Shown here in pieces: positions 29,302 through 39,554 of a stretch of 64,000 bases of DNA. Each line of letters starts with the position of its first letter. Position 1 is the first letter of the stretch. This DNA comes from Candidatus Cloacimonadales bacterium (lineage in GTDB: Bacteria > Cloacimonadota > Cloacimonadia > Cloacimonadales > JAFGVF01): positions 1,056,001-1,120,000 of the forward strand of contig OY762964.1 in NCBI GenBank assembly GCA_963667035.1, given 5' to 3'. A model generated the notes under the pieces. That model saw nothing but the letters and a program-made list of their open reading frames with translations, had not been told where the DNA came from and made no database searches. The position numbers and the translations under genes were made by a program.

Positions 29302-31148
29302 TAGAAGGCCTCACCGATATTCAAGTAAAATTGAATATTATCTATTGGCTGCGAAACTGGAACGGCGACATCAACCCGAATTGGTCCCAATAGTGTCTTG
29401 AATCTTAAACCTGTACCAATGGCATATTCTAAATCATTCAGGTTATGGTCATAGGTTCCTTCCCAGACATTACCGGCATCACAAAATACAACCCCCGATA
29501 GTTTCTTCCAGATAGGATAACGAAGCTCAAGACTTGCTTCCAGCAAACTATTACCACCGAGTGGAAGGTCATCACTGCTTTTGGGTCCTAAATCATAGCG
29601 ATCCCAACCACGCACAGATTTGTTTCCACCACCATAAAAGCGATCAGCTATAGGTGTTACTTCAGAGGATTTAATCGATTTCATGAATCCTCCTTGAACG
29701 CGTGAGGCTAAAACAAACTTCTTATAGATAGTTGTGTATTTTCTTACTTCTGCGGATGTCATTGTATAGTGATAATCACTATTGAAGCCAATTCCCGCCC
29801 ATGTGAAAGAAGGATTGATATACCAGCCCTTGGTAGGTGAAAACATTGGTGCGGAATTATCAAAAACCATACCAATAGTTGCTGATGATTGCTTGTAATC
29901 TCCATCACCTTCTGCAATAAGGTCATCTTCCAAGGAAGGGGAGGAGGTCTCCAGATTATTCCACTCAATCCCATATTTCGAGTAAGAACTCAGATAGTTG
30001 CTTAAACTGATTTGATAGATGAGGAAAGAACCGATTCTGGAGATGGTATAATTTGATTCATCTTCCATCTTAGCAAACGGGTTCAGTGTGAGAGATCCAT
30101 CAGGATGGAAGATAGCAGGTTGAGTAAGTTTCAGGGAGAGGTTATAAGGCTCTAGAGATGAGTATTTAGCAAAGAATACTGCCTTTCGAATTCCTCCCAA
30201 GAATCCTAACTTTGTGACAGTTAAGGATGTTCTGAATTTATCTTCCTGACCATAACCAACAGCTAATTTTGAGCTGAACCGAGCTGCTTCTTTTAGCTCT
30301 ATAAGAATCGGAATTGTTTTGTTCTTTGGGTCATCTAAAACGCTACGCACCGTAACATACTGAAACATACCTAAGCGTTGTAATTTCTGTTGTATTTTTT
30401 TTAGATAGGTCTGACTGTATATGTTACCGGGTGGAGCTAACTGTTTCTTTAAAATAGAATACGGTACCTTTTCAACACCTTTAAAAGTGGTTTCACCGAA
30501 ATAGCAGATTGTTCCGGTATTTAGTGTTAAATCCACTATTACTCGGTTTATATCTTTCTTTAGTTCTAAGTTGTAGTTAACTTCTTGGTAGGCATATCCC
30601 TGTTTATCTAACCAATTTCCTAACTCTTGTTTAGTCAGAAGCAAATCTTCATCTCTGAATCTAGAACCTTCCTTTAATGGTAAATCTACGATGAATTGAT
30701 TTAACCGATGTTGAAGTTTGGACTTGTCTGATGATTCTGCAACTTGAAGGTTATAGTTAATCTTCTCAATCAGAACAGGGTCATTCTCATCAATAACGAA
30801 TTTAATCTCAACTGATTCTGTATCGGATTGTTCCTTTAAAATGTGTTCAATCTGAACATCTATGAAGCCCTCTTTCTGATAGATATTTTGAATCAACTCC
30901 AGATCAGCAGTCAGATCTGCTTCATGATATTGATATGCTTTCTTCCAGAAGAGTAGTTTTTGCCAATTAGACCTATCTTTAAGTATAAGCTTCTTTTTAA
31001 GTGTACTTTCGGAAATACTCTTAACTCCATTAATCTCCAACTCTTTAATCTTAAAGTTCTCTTGAGCTAAAAGTGAAGAAAAAAGACAATAAACAAGTAT
31101 CCCCGTTAGGACATATTTTTTATATAAAGTCATTTTATTACTTTTCAT
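29301..31148 (-). CDS. tamA: Omp85 family outer-membrane protein TamA/BamA-like (POTRA domains plus barrel)
   Basis: Signal peptide, RFYGGGNKSVRGW, GGNSLLEASLELR, GPIRVD, C-terminal IGEAF; true start may be ATG 31133. Confidence 0.88.
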   Translation of the reverse strand: MKSNKMTLYKKYVLTGILVYCLFSSLLAQENFKIKELEINGVKSISESTLKKKLILKDRSNWQKLLFWKKAYQYHEADLTADLELIQNIYQKEGFIDVQIEHILKEQSDTESVEIKFVIDENDPVLIEKINYNLQVAESSDKSKLQHRLNQFIVDLPLKEGSRFRDEDLLLTKQELGNWLDKQGYAYQEVNYNLELKKDINRVIVDLTLNTGTICYFGETTFKGVEKVPYSILKKQLAPPGNIYSQTYLKKIQQKLQRLGMFQYVTVRSVLDDPKNKTIPILIELKEAARFSSKLAVGYGQEDKFRTSLTVTKLGFLGGIRKAVFFAKYSSLEPYNLSLKLTQPAIFHPDGSLTLNPFAKMEDESNYTISRIGSFLIYQISLSNYLSSYSKYGIEWNNLETSSPSLEDDLIAEGDGDYKQSSATIGMVFDNSAPMFSPTKGWYINPSFTWAGIGFNSDYHYTMTSAEVRKYTTIYKKFVLASRVQGGFMKSIKSSEVTPIADRFYGGGNKSVRGWDRYDLGPKSSDDLPLGGNSLLEASLELRYPIWKKLSGVVFCDAGNVWEGTYDHNLNDLEYAIGTGLRFKTLLGPIRVDVAVPVSQPIDNIQFYLNIGEAF

Positions 31149-32175
31149 TATACCATAGGATATAAAATTCTACCTGATTCCTAGCGTCGGCACATATCGC
31201 ATAATACTCATCATTCTTCATTATAACCTGCATACGGCATTCGGTATTGACTCCTTTGATTGCAGTCTGAATACCTTTAACTTTATGCTCTTCACGCTTT
31301 TCCTCCAATCCGGAACCGCCATAACCTCCGTCAAAGTGAATCTCTTCGAGGTCGGGAAGTTGCTCTTGTTTGATTTTGTCAAAATTATCAGCCAACATGT
31401 TTTCCTCACAAGTATTGTTTGGACATACCGTTACATTTACTATCAGATTCAAATCATTGTCAAGGTCTGCCGTCTCAACAACATTACCGATAAAGCCTAT
31501 GTGCCTATCGCCAAACATCTTTATCAGAGTATAATGGCAGAGACCTATCTTTTGAAGCTCTTCGCTTATCTTGCCACTTTTTAGTTGATAAACATAATTA
31601 TCGGCATCATATTTAATGTAATCAGGATACATAGAAAGTACTTTCTGCTAATCTGCTTCAATTTGAAGCTGAAGTCGATTGTAATCGCAAATATTAGTGT
31701 CTAAAAATGTCGAATCTGTACTGGCTATCTTACCTATTACACAGAAGGAATCCAATTGGCCTCTTGTTAGCCGTTCAAACTCAATATCAAAGAGATTTAT
31801 TCCTGTTTCATCTTCGTATTCTCGCAAACTCCGAATAAAATTGCAGATAGTCTTTGTCGTCACTGAAGGCTCGCCAATGCTATATCCACAAGAATATTGA
31901 ACTCCGATGTGCCAGTCAAGTTCATTATCAAGCTCTCGAAATGTCAAATCATGTATCTCTTTGATTGTTATGGCTGTTACAATTTCATTTATCGGAGCAT
32001 TAGGACGTCCAATATTACCGGAATAAAGAACACTGAAATGAGACTCATTTACCTGCTCAAACACATGGTTACGGATTGTATTCCAATTTGAGGTTGATAA
32101 ACGAGTTCGATTAGGAAGGTTCATATCCCAATCAAAAATTATATCTTGATTATGCTTGTTATTCTTCTTAAACAA
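31138..32175 (-). mobile_element. Degenerate IS5/IS1182-like DDE transposase pseudogene (two fragments, internal deletion)
   Basis: Fragment 1 has a DUF772-like GRPNAP, TICNF and DST motif; fragment 2 has PNN and DGGY; premature stop at 31648; C-terminus lost at tamA. Confidence 0.8.
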
Positions 32176-32446
32176 TGTTGTCTCCTATCAAAAAAGATGA
32201 TTCAAGTATAGATAAGGCAATGTTCTTTGCAAGCTTTTGGTATGATTTAAATAGTATTCTTTATATCTCTATTTATCACCCATCGAAAGGATGACTCTTT
32301 TCTACAGAGTCATAATATTTTACTTCATTAATATACATTTCTTTGTGGAAACACTATCATCAGTCTTTATTCTATAGCGATCATAAAAATAATTCATCTC
32401 ATAGAATCTCCTTTTCTTTATTCAATAACATGTAATAAATACGAAT

Positions 32447-33742
32447 TTACATATTATTGATTTTCAATATCTTTGACGAATATCTGATTCCCTTATTGTC
32501 TGTTACATTTACAAAATAAACACCTGATGGGGCTTTATGACACATTCTATCTCTTCCGTCCCATTTTACTTCCTGTTGCTCTATAGGTATTTCTCTAATC
32601 TTCTGCCCTCTCACATTAAATATTTCTAACTTTGCACTTTGTACGCTTTTTGATGGAAATTCAAGAACAATCGTTGTTTCGTCTGTAAAGGGGTTTGGGT
32701 AATTAGAAATTTGATTTACAGGAGCTACAAAATCTTCATCGATAACTGTGGTTGTAGTCGGTTCCAGACTCTTCAATAATGTGGAAGGAGAGTAATTTCC
32801 GTTAGCAATCACATATAAGTAATTATCAGAATTTAAGTAGAGGTAATCGACACCTGCATCACCGGGAATAAGGTCAGTCTGAACTTCTTCCCAAGTCTGA
32901 CCATTATTCTGGGAGTAATGTACTCCTGCAAGATATTGAGGATAATTTCCCGTTCCAACATACAGATTATCATTTGAATCGTTTATGATAGTAAACATCT
33001 GGCTTGCATAACTGAAACACTGATTCCAAGTTTCTCCCTGATCTATTGAATGCATAACTACCTTCTCGTAAGTATAATAATTACCTGCAGTACAAGCAAA
33101 AAACTCTCCATTTGAATTTATCGTTAAGTCTTGGACAAAATAGTAATCCAATCCGATATGCTCCCATGTATCCCCCCGGTCATCAGATCGGTATATTCCT
33201 CCTGTAGTTCCTGAGCCCTCAAAATTTGTGGAACTGGCAAAAAGAACATTATTTTCATTACTAACAATCGAAGTCACAATCTCTTCATAAGTACATGCTA
33301 AAACCTGAACCCAATCTTCATTATCACTGTCATATTTATAAATACAGCCCCAACCGGTCAAAAACATAGTATCATCTGATGTTATAAAAAGATCAACAAG
33401 ATCATAGCCGGTTGGTCTATTCATTACATTCCAGGTAAGCCCTTGATCAATTGAATAATGCATACTAAGTAATGGTGGATATGAAAGTGCATAGATACAG
33501 TCAAGAGAATTAACACCTATTGTCTCAACTCCCGCTTCATCAAAAATCTGTTGCCATGAACTACCATTATCTACTGATTTAAATAAACAATCACGGGTTG
33601 CAAGATACATTACTCCCGTTGAGTCTTCCTGAAATCCCTTTATTCTTGACTCTGAACTAAACAACTCTTCAAAGTATTCCTGACCGAAACAAAGGGATGC
33701 ATATAACATGATTATAAATAAAAACCAATATCTCTTTTTCAC
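32447..33742 (-). CDS. Secreted BNR/Asp-box beta-propeller protein with C-terminal FlgD-Ig/T9SS-type sorting domain, paralog 1
   Basis: GTG start with AGAGG RBS; signal peptide; repeated SxDxGxTW Asp boxes; NYPNPF...IFNVRGQKI...WDGRD...SGVYF tail. Confidence 0.85.
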   Translation of the reverse strand: MKKRYWFLFIIMLYASLCFGQEYFEELFSSESRIKGFQEDSTGVMYLATRDCLFKSVDNGSSWQQIFDEAGVETIGVNSLDCIYALSYPPLLSMHYSIDQGLTWNVMNRPTGYDLVDLFITSDDTMFLTGWGCIYKYDSDNEDWVQVLACTYEEIVTSIVSNENNVLFASSTNFEGSGTTGGIYRSDDRGDTWEHIGLDYYFVQDLTINSNGEFFACTAGNYYTYEKVVMHSIDQGETWNQCFSYASQMFTIINDSNDNLYVGTGNYPQYLAGVHYSQNNGQTWEEVQTDLIPGDAGVDYLYLNSDNYLYVIANGNYSPSTLLKSLEPTTTTVIDEDFVAPVNQISNYPNPFTDETTIVLEFPSKSVQSAKLEIFNVRGQKIREIPIEQQEVKWDGRDRMCHKAPSGVYFVNVTDNKGIRYSSKILKINNM

Positions 33743-33972
33743 ACTTACCTCTTTTATAAAATAACTACCAATAATACCATGAATCTGATTACTACTTTCA
33801 GACACTTTTAACTCCACGATTCTATTATTACTATTGGTAATATAGTTGTCACATATCTTTCGTCATTAACTCACTTATCATTTGGGTTTAATCAAAAACG
33901 ATGTTTTCTCACTTTAAAAATGCTTCATTGTTCTTTTCCCGGCTATCAAATCCGGTTGTAATGAAAAAACAT

Positions 33973-35250
33973 CTACTTCATTAAAATACACTTCTTTGTT
34001 AAAATACCGGCTCCCGTTTGTATTCTATAGGAATAAATACCGGACGGAACCTTATTGCCCCTTTTATCTCGCCCGTCCCATTTTACTTCCTGTTGCTCTA
34101 CGGGTATTTCTCTAATCTTCTGCCCTTTCACATTGAATATTTCTAGCTTTGCACTTTGTACGTTTTTTGATGGATATTCAAGAACAATCGTTGTTTCGTC
34201 TGTAAATGGGTTTGGGTAATTAGAAATTTGATTTACTTGAACCACAAAATCTTCGTCGATAACTGTGGTCGTTGTTGGTTCCAGACTTTTCAATAATGTG
34301 TAAGGAGGATAATCTCCGTTAACTATTGCATATAAATAGTTATCTGAATCGCAGTAGAGATAATCAACTTGGGCATTATTAGATATCAGGTTTGTCTGAA
34401 GCTGATTCCAAGTCTGACCATTATCCTGAGAATAATGTATTCCTGCCTGATAAACAGGATAATTTCCCATTCCGACAAATAGATTATCATTAGAATCGGT
34501 GGTAATTGCAAACATCTGGCTAGCATAACTGAAACACTGATTCCAGGTTTCTCCCTGATCAGTTGATCGCATAATTACTTTTGAATGTGCTGTCGTATGA
34601 CCGGCTGTGCAGGCAAACAACTCATTGTTGGATGTTTCTGTTAAAGATTGGATGTAATAATTCGGTAATCTGATATTCTCCCATGTATCTCCTTGATCGA
34701 AGGATCTGTAAAATCCTCCCGGGTTCTTTGTGTTGGCAAGATATGCTGTAGAACCCGCATAATATGTTCCATCAGACGACTCAATAAAAGTATTAAATAC
34801 CTCTCCGCTGTTTGTAGAAAATGTTTGCTGCCATGTATAACCTCCATCTATTGATTTTGCAATACCACGCCAACCGTAGATGAATAGTTGTCCGATTGTA
34901 TCATATCTGAAATCTCTGCACCCAACAGTGCTATAATTAGATATTAATTGCCAATCTTCAAAATTAGTAGAGAAATAGCAATTACCTAAAGATTGAATGA
35001 ATATCCCATTTGAAGGAGTGATGCAAAACTGAAGTAATAAGTTTTCATCAAAAATCAAACTCCAGCTGTTTCCGTTATCGGTTGAGCGATGGAGACCGTC
35101 ATCATTCGTTAAGTAAAGATTTCCCAGACTATCGATTCCAAAATCATATATTCTTGACTCTGAACTAAACAACTCTTCAAAGTGTTCCTGACCGAAACAA
35201 AGGGATGCACATAACATGATTATAAATAAAAACCAATATCTCTTGCTCAC
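33973..35250 (-). CDS. Secreted BNR/Asp-box beta-propeller protein with C-terminal sorting domain, paralog 2
   Basis: Same architecture; GTG start 35250; STDNGNSW, SIDGGYTW, SFDQGDTW, STDQGETW, SQDNGQTW; NYPNPF tail. Confidence 0.85.
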   Translation of the reverse strand: MSKRYWFLFIIMLCASLCFGQEHFEELFSSESRIYDFGIDSLGNLYLTNDDGLHRSTDNGNSWSLIFDENLLLQFCITPSNGIFIQSLGNCYFSTNFEDWQLISNYSTVGCRDFRYDTIGQLFIYGWRGIAKSIDGGYTWQQTFSTNSGEVFNTFIESSDGTYYAGSTAYLANTKNPGGFYRSFDQGDTWENIRLPNYYIQSLTETSNNELFACTAGHTTAHSKVIMRSTDQGETWNQCFSYASQMFAITTDSNDNLFVGMGNYPVYQAGIHYSQDNGQTWNQLQTNLISNNAQVDYLYCDSDNYLYAIVNGDYPPYTLLKSLEPTTTTVIDEDFVVQVNQISNYPNPFTDETTIVLEYPSKNVQSAKLEIFNVKGQKIREIPVEQQEVKWDGRDKRGNKVPSGIYSYRIQTGAGILTKKCILMK

Positions 35251-35459
35251 ACTTACCTCTTTTATAAAATAACTACCAATAATACCATGAATTTTACTAG
35301 AATTTTTAGATACTTTTATAAACGCCACAATTCTATTTGTTCTATTAGGATTTATATTGTCAAATAATACTTTTTTAATTTAGTCTCCCCATAAAGAGTG
35401 TATCAACATGCATATATAGCTTGACTATATAGTATAATCAGTATAAAAAACTGGGAGTT

Positions 35460-36092
35460 TTATGATAAAGAATAAACCTGAAGAACTTGACCTTTTTGGA
35501 GGATGCTAATTTCCGGTAAAAGATTAGGATATATCTTCAACTTATGCTTCCAATTGGTTGTTACTACATAACGCTTCGGAGGTCTTAACAACAGGTTATT
35601 CATACGTAACAACTCTATTAGTTTATCCCTACCTATCTTTAGGTTAGGATCATTTTGTTTCTCAAGCATTTTTATTATCATTCGATAGCCTGTTGTCTCC
35701 TGTTCTCGTCGGAACTCTTCAACAAGTCTCACTATCTCACGGTCTCTCGCAGCATCTCGCTCGAGTATTTTCTTATGCTTATTATAGCCTTGTCTTGTAT
35801 AGCCGTACACTTTCAAATACGCCCTAATCCTCTGTATTTAAGTCCGCATTCAACAGCTCTTTCTTGAGTTTCTCCTGCACTATCGAACCAAGCTTTTTTT
35901 TAAATCCATACCTAGCTTCTTTCCTGAAACCTCGATTAAAGTCTCAAGTGCTAACTCTTTTAGGTAACTGTCATCAAGTGCACGCTGAAGGCGCCTATTC
36001 TCCTTACGTAAGCGAATCAATTCTGATTTTTCATCTTTACTCATCATTTCTCCTGTTCCTTTTTATTAGGGTAACCTATCCAGGACAGTACA
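35460..36092 (-). mobile_element. Truncated IS3-family element: left IR, short orfA, A8G slippery site, orfB N-terminal fragment
   Basis: Left end TGTACTGTCCTGGATAGGTTAC (from 36092); orfA 36047-35880 (MMSKDEKSELIRLRKEN...GMDLKK) with TTTAAAAAAAAG; orfB HTH_21-like (RQGYNK, GYRMI, IGRDKL, TTNWKH, YPNLL) stops before the DDE core. Confidence 0.82.
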
Positions 36093-36113
36093 ATCTTTCA
36101 CTGCTAAAGTTAT

Positions 36114-36376
36114 CAACGCACTGCGTTCGCACTGTGTCTGCAGTGTGAATGCACTGTCAACCCACTGATTCACCGGGTTCATAGTACGTGCACAGTGGGA
36201 AAACAGTGGGATGATTATGCTTTGCTGGAGTTTGCCATGAAACCTTCACGTTATGATCTCCCGTTTTGCCCTAGATTAACAAGCACAAAATCGAAGCATG
36301 CATGTCACAAAAAACTTGCAACGTTCTTGCATAGTTATGCAAGATTTATGCAAGGGTTATGCAAGAGTCTTGTAAG
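36114..36376. repeat. Composite non-coding element: 11-bp-phased CASTG array, 80-bp spacer, 11-bp-phased TGCA array (copy A)
   Basis: 36114-36224 matches the reverse complement of 50921-51031 without gaps (89/111 by hand); TGCA/TGTA at 36317, 36328, 36338, 36349, 36360, 36371. Confidence 0.85.
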
Positions 36377-36498
36377 TTGGATGTGGTTATTTGTCATGAG
36401 AGAATCATGAGATTGAAGAGGTAGATTGAGTTAGTTAGAGATATATTTTGTGAATAGGTCTATATCCCAACGGGATAAAATATGAGTAGCCATGTGTC

Positions 36499-36667
36499 AA
36501 ATGCATGGTACACCGGGTACGCCTACATCTTGCAGGCTTTGGATTAAATAAAATACATGGTACACTGGGTACGCCTGCATCTTGCAGGCTCTGAATTAAA
36601 TAAAATGCATGTGCGGACAAGATGTCCGCGTTCCCAAAACAAACGGACAATATGTACGTGCTCCTAG
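36499..36667. repeat. REP-like cluster: two 52-bp tandem units followed by inverted REP copies
   Basis: CATG landmarks at 36504, 36556, 36608; units carry GGGTACGCCTRCATCTTGCAGGC; the inverted copy reads TGGGAACGCGGACATCTTGTCCGC on the minus strand. Confidence 0.8.
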
Positions 36668-36802
36668 ACACAAACAAGTAAGGAAATTCGCTTTCCGACT
36701 AATGATACCCCTACAATAAATCCAATATTCATCTTCAATAAAGATGAATACATAGAAATTCTTGATACTTCTTAGATTCAATTCGGTTAACCTACAGAAC
36801 AG

Positions 36803-36916
36803 GAGACAACAGGAGCAGTAGAGGCATTTAATAAAGCATAAAGTGGTACAAAAATCCCTCGATGGATAATACTTCACTCTGATTATGGAGTCCGGTACGG
36901 TAGTAAATCAATTTAG
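36803..36916 (+). pseudogene. Decayed IS3-type integrase-core (rve) fragment
   Basis: Reads ETTGAVEAFNKA*SGTKIPRWIILHSDYGVRYGSKSI*, resembling the IS3 HSDxGxQYxS motif. Confidence 0.55.
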
Positions 36917-37225
36917 AAAAGATAGAATTATTTCGTCAAATGAAGTAAACTGAGTAAATGAAACTATGGTAAATTTATTTAGGACACTACACTATTGGTA
37001 GAAGTATTCCTAATAATTTAGGAATAAAAAGAAAATATAGTAAAATAATATTATGTTGACAATAGATAAGCATATGTAATTACTATCAAAAATAAGCATA
37101 GTCGAAATTAAAACATTTAATCTTATAACGTTGTGTCTCAAGATGTAACTTTACGATTAGTGCTTGCAAATCAGGAAAAGTATTAACAAAAGGGTTAATT
37201 TCTATATGTCGTAGGAGTAAAAAAC

Positions 37226-38875
37226 ATGACAGAAAATAGACCATTTTATTGTAACAATTCAAATCCTAAAAGGTGTAAAAGATGTTGTAAAATGTTTGAG
37301 ATGCTATATATACTAATCATGACTGATCAAAGAGTGTCTGGATTATGGGGATACTCTGAAGCACCAATAGCAAGAGCAATTTTATTAGGTAAAGAGGAGT
37401 ATTCTAGAAAAGACTCATTTATCCGAGGAAGTACTACTCATACAGATGTCATCGCTCAAAATCTAAAGAATTTTCTAAATAATATTCGAGGTAAAAATGA
37501 TATTGCTAAAGACAAGTTTGAAGTAGTCAAAAGAAGTATCTTAAATGGACTTAAAACAAAGAAAAGAGTATATCAAAACAAAGAATATTACACAGATATA
37601 ATGATGCCTATTCATGAAGAGATACCTAACAAATTTATAGATAGAAATATCAGACATACATCATCCGGTGTTATGCTTTTGTTTAATCTCGATCAAATAG
37701 GGAATGATTTTTATAGTGGAGTTAACTTTTTACTCAATAACTACGAAAAAGCAATTGATAGCCTTCCGATAATAACTGTTCCAACTCTTTTCAGATTAGT
37801 TAACATTTTGATTGATAATATTGATAAAATAGATAGCAATCGGATACAACTTGATAATATTGATATTAAAGATGATAGAGAGTATACGATTAAGACATAT
37901 CTGAAGACAATACAAGATTATTTGTATAATACTGAATTCATTCGTCAGAGAATATCTAGTGAAAAGTCAGGTAAATTTATTAGTGAGGATGGATTCTTAA
38001 ATAGTAGACAGGATGTAGCTAATGACCCAGCAGGAATATATTGGACTTTGTGGATGATTTCCTATATGCCTCAACTAATTAAAAAAAATAAAGATGAGAT
38101 GGTAAAGGTAATCAAGTATTTAACATCAGAGAAGATAGAATTAAACGGTGGAATACCTATATTAACTGGTGATGATCCGGTAAGAAAACATGTAAGAAGT
38201 ACAGTCCCTTATGATTTAGGTAAACATCCTGACTTTGGTATGACTGGACATATGATTTATGTGTTAAATATCTTTGCTAAAGAAATTAAAGATAAAACTG
38301 ATGCTGAATACATAAAAAACAAGGCGTGTGATTACTTTGATTTTCTACTTAAGAATGTTACTAAACGAAATTATCATGAAACATCAACGACTAAAGCATA
38401 TTCATATATACTTGGTTTAGAATTATGCCCTACAGTTGTGGAATACTTTACAAAAGAAAAGCTGGAAAGTATACATAAAGCTAATGATCAAGTTCAAAAA
38501 TTAAAAAAATATAACAGGAATAAATTGAATAGAATTTTATCAAAGAATCTACACATTAGCGTTATCTATAGAAGAGTATTGATAATGTTTCTAAAGAAAA
38601 AGAGATTTGGGGAAAGGTGTTTACAGGAAAAAGGTAACAAATCAGCTTATAAAATTTATTCAAGACCTAAGTCACTAAAAAAAATAGCTTATTTACTAGC
38701 CATGTTTGTAGTACTAATCACTACAAGTTATTATCTCAAGATTCATGATGTTGTGTTTAGGCTTTTTATGCTAGATGCTACAGAATATCAAATTATAATT
38801 GTTAATACAATATTTGCTCTTATAGCATCTACAGCATTCAAATTAACATTATGGATTTTTAATAGAGAAAGATAA
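37226..38875 (+). CDS. Hypothetical 549-aa protein: Cys-rich N-terminus, helical core, two C-terminal TM helices
   Basis: AGGAG RBS; long ORF, visibly more AT-rich than neighbours; hydrophobic segments IAYLLAMFVVLITTSYYL and IIIVNTIFALIASTAF. Confidence 0.8.
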   Translation: MTENRPFYCNNSNPKRCKRCCKMFEMLYILIMTDQRVSGLWGYSEAPIARAILLGKEEYSRKDSFIRGSTTHTDVIAQNLKNFLNNIRGKNDIAKDKFEVVKRSILNGLKTKKRVYQNKEYYTDIMMPIHEEIPNKFIDRNIRHTSSGVMLLFNLDQIGNDFYSGVNFLLNNYEKAIDSLPIITVPTLFRLVNILIDNIDKIDSNRIQLDNIDIKDDREYTIKTYLKTIQDYLYNTEFIRQRISSEKSGKFISEDGFLNSRQDVANDPAGIYWTLWMISYMPQLIKKNKDEMVKVIKYLTSEKIELNGGIPILTGDDPVRKHVRSTVPYDLGKHPDFGMTGHMIYVLNIFAKEIKDKTDAEYIKNKACDYFDFLLKNVTKRNYHETSTTKAYSYILGLELCPTVVEYFTKEKLESIHKANDQVQKLKKYNRNKLNRILSKNLHISVIYRRVLIMFLKKKRFGERCLQEKGNKSAYKIYSRPKSLKKIAYLLAMFVVLITTSYYLKIHDVVFRLFMLDATEYQIIIVNTIFALIASTAFKLTLWIFNRER

Positions 38876-39554
38876 CTAGTTCAAAATCATTTCCCATGAT
38901 TAATGGACTTGAATTCATCCAACGGGATAGAACAAATACAAGAGATATAAATCAGATTCTTATGATAGGATTCTTACGTTCTCAGAAAAGGCAACTTGAG
39001 TTGTCTTAATGATGAATGTTGTGTCAGATGTTGAAGTGATGCATTTTCTTGTGTTTTGCTTATAGATGTTATGTAATTAATTAGTATTTATACTAACTAG
39101 AATACTAAGCGATAAATAAATTAACGGGTAGTTTTATTACACTAAGGCATTAGCTTTCCTCATAACTGATATTATCACTTTAATAGTTTACATTCTCCCC
39201 ATCAACAAATCCACTATGATTTAGCGATTTTATTCTATGTAGATTTCATAACTTACATATATCTTCACTTTCTTCTTTACAACTAAAAAAGTATATCGAT
39301 AATTGACGGTTGGTCTAAACAACAAACTAAGAGAGACGGTAAGGAGAGTCAAAAACTATTGATGTTAAGTGGTTTGATATTGTTTTTTATTTTTACGTTT
39401 TTAATTGTCGTAACATTTGAATTCAAACTACACTTATCAATGGGTAACAACAAGATTCCGTCTGAGTTTGAATCAACCTGGTTACGAAGTGTTTTTCTTA
39501 AAACAAACAAGAACAAGGCTGTTGTACATACGATAGCTGGAGCGAGGAACTAAG

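Noticed and set aside
32447..35291. Diversity-generating retroelement template/variable repeat pair
   Set aside because: No reverse transcriptase in the window; both copies are in full genes and the differences are not adenine-specific.
36499..36667. 52-bp tandem as a mini-CRISPR
   Set aside because: Intervening sequences are also repeated, there are only two full units, and the next copy is inverted; fits REP-like elements.
35864..36877. Short ORFs 35864-36148, 36195-36410, 36435-36677 and 36596-36877
   Set aside because: They run through IS ends, phased arrays and REP repeats, with no RBS or protein-like composition.
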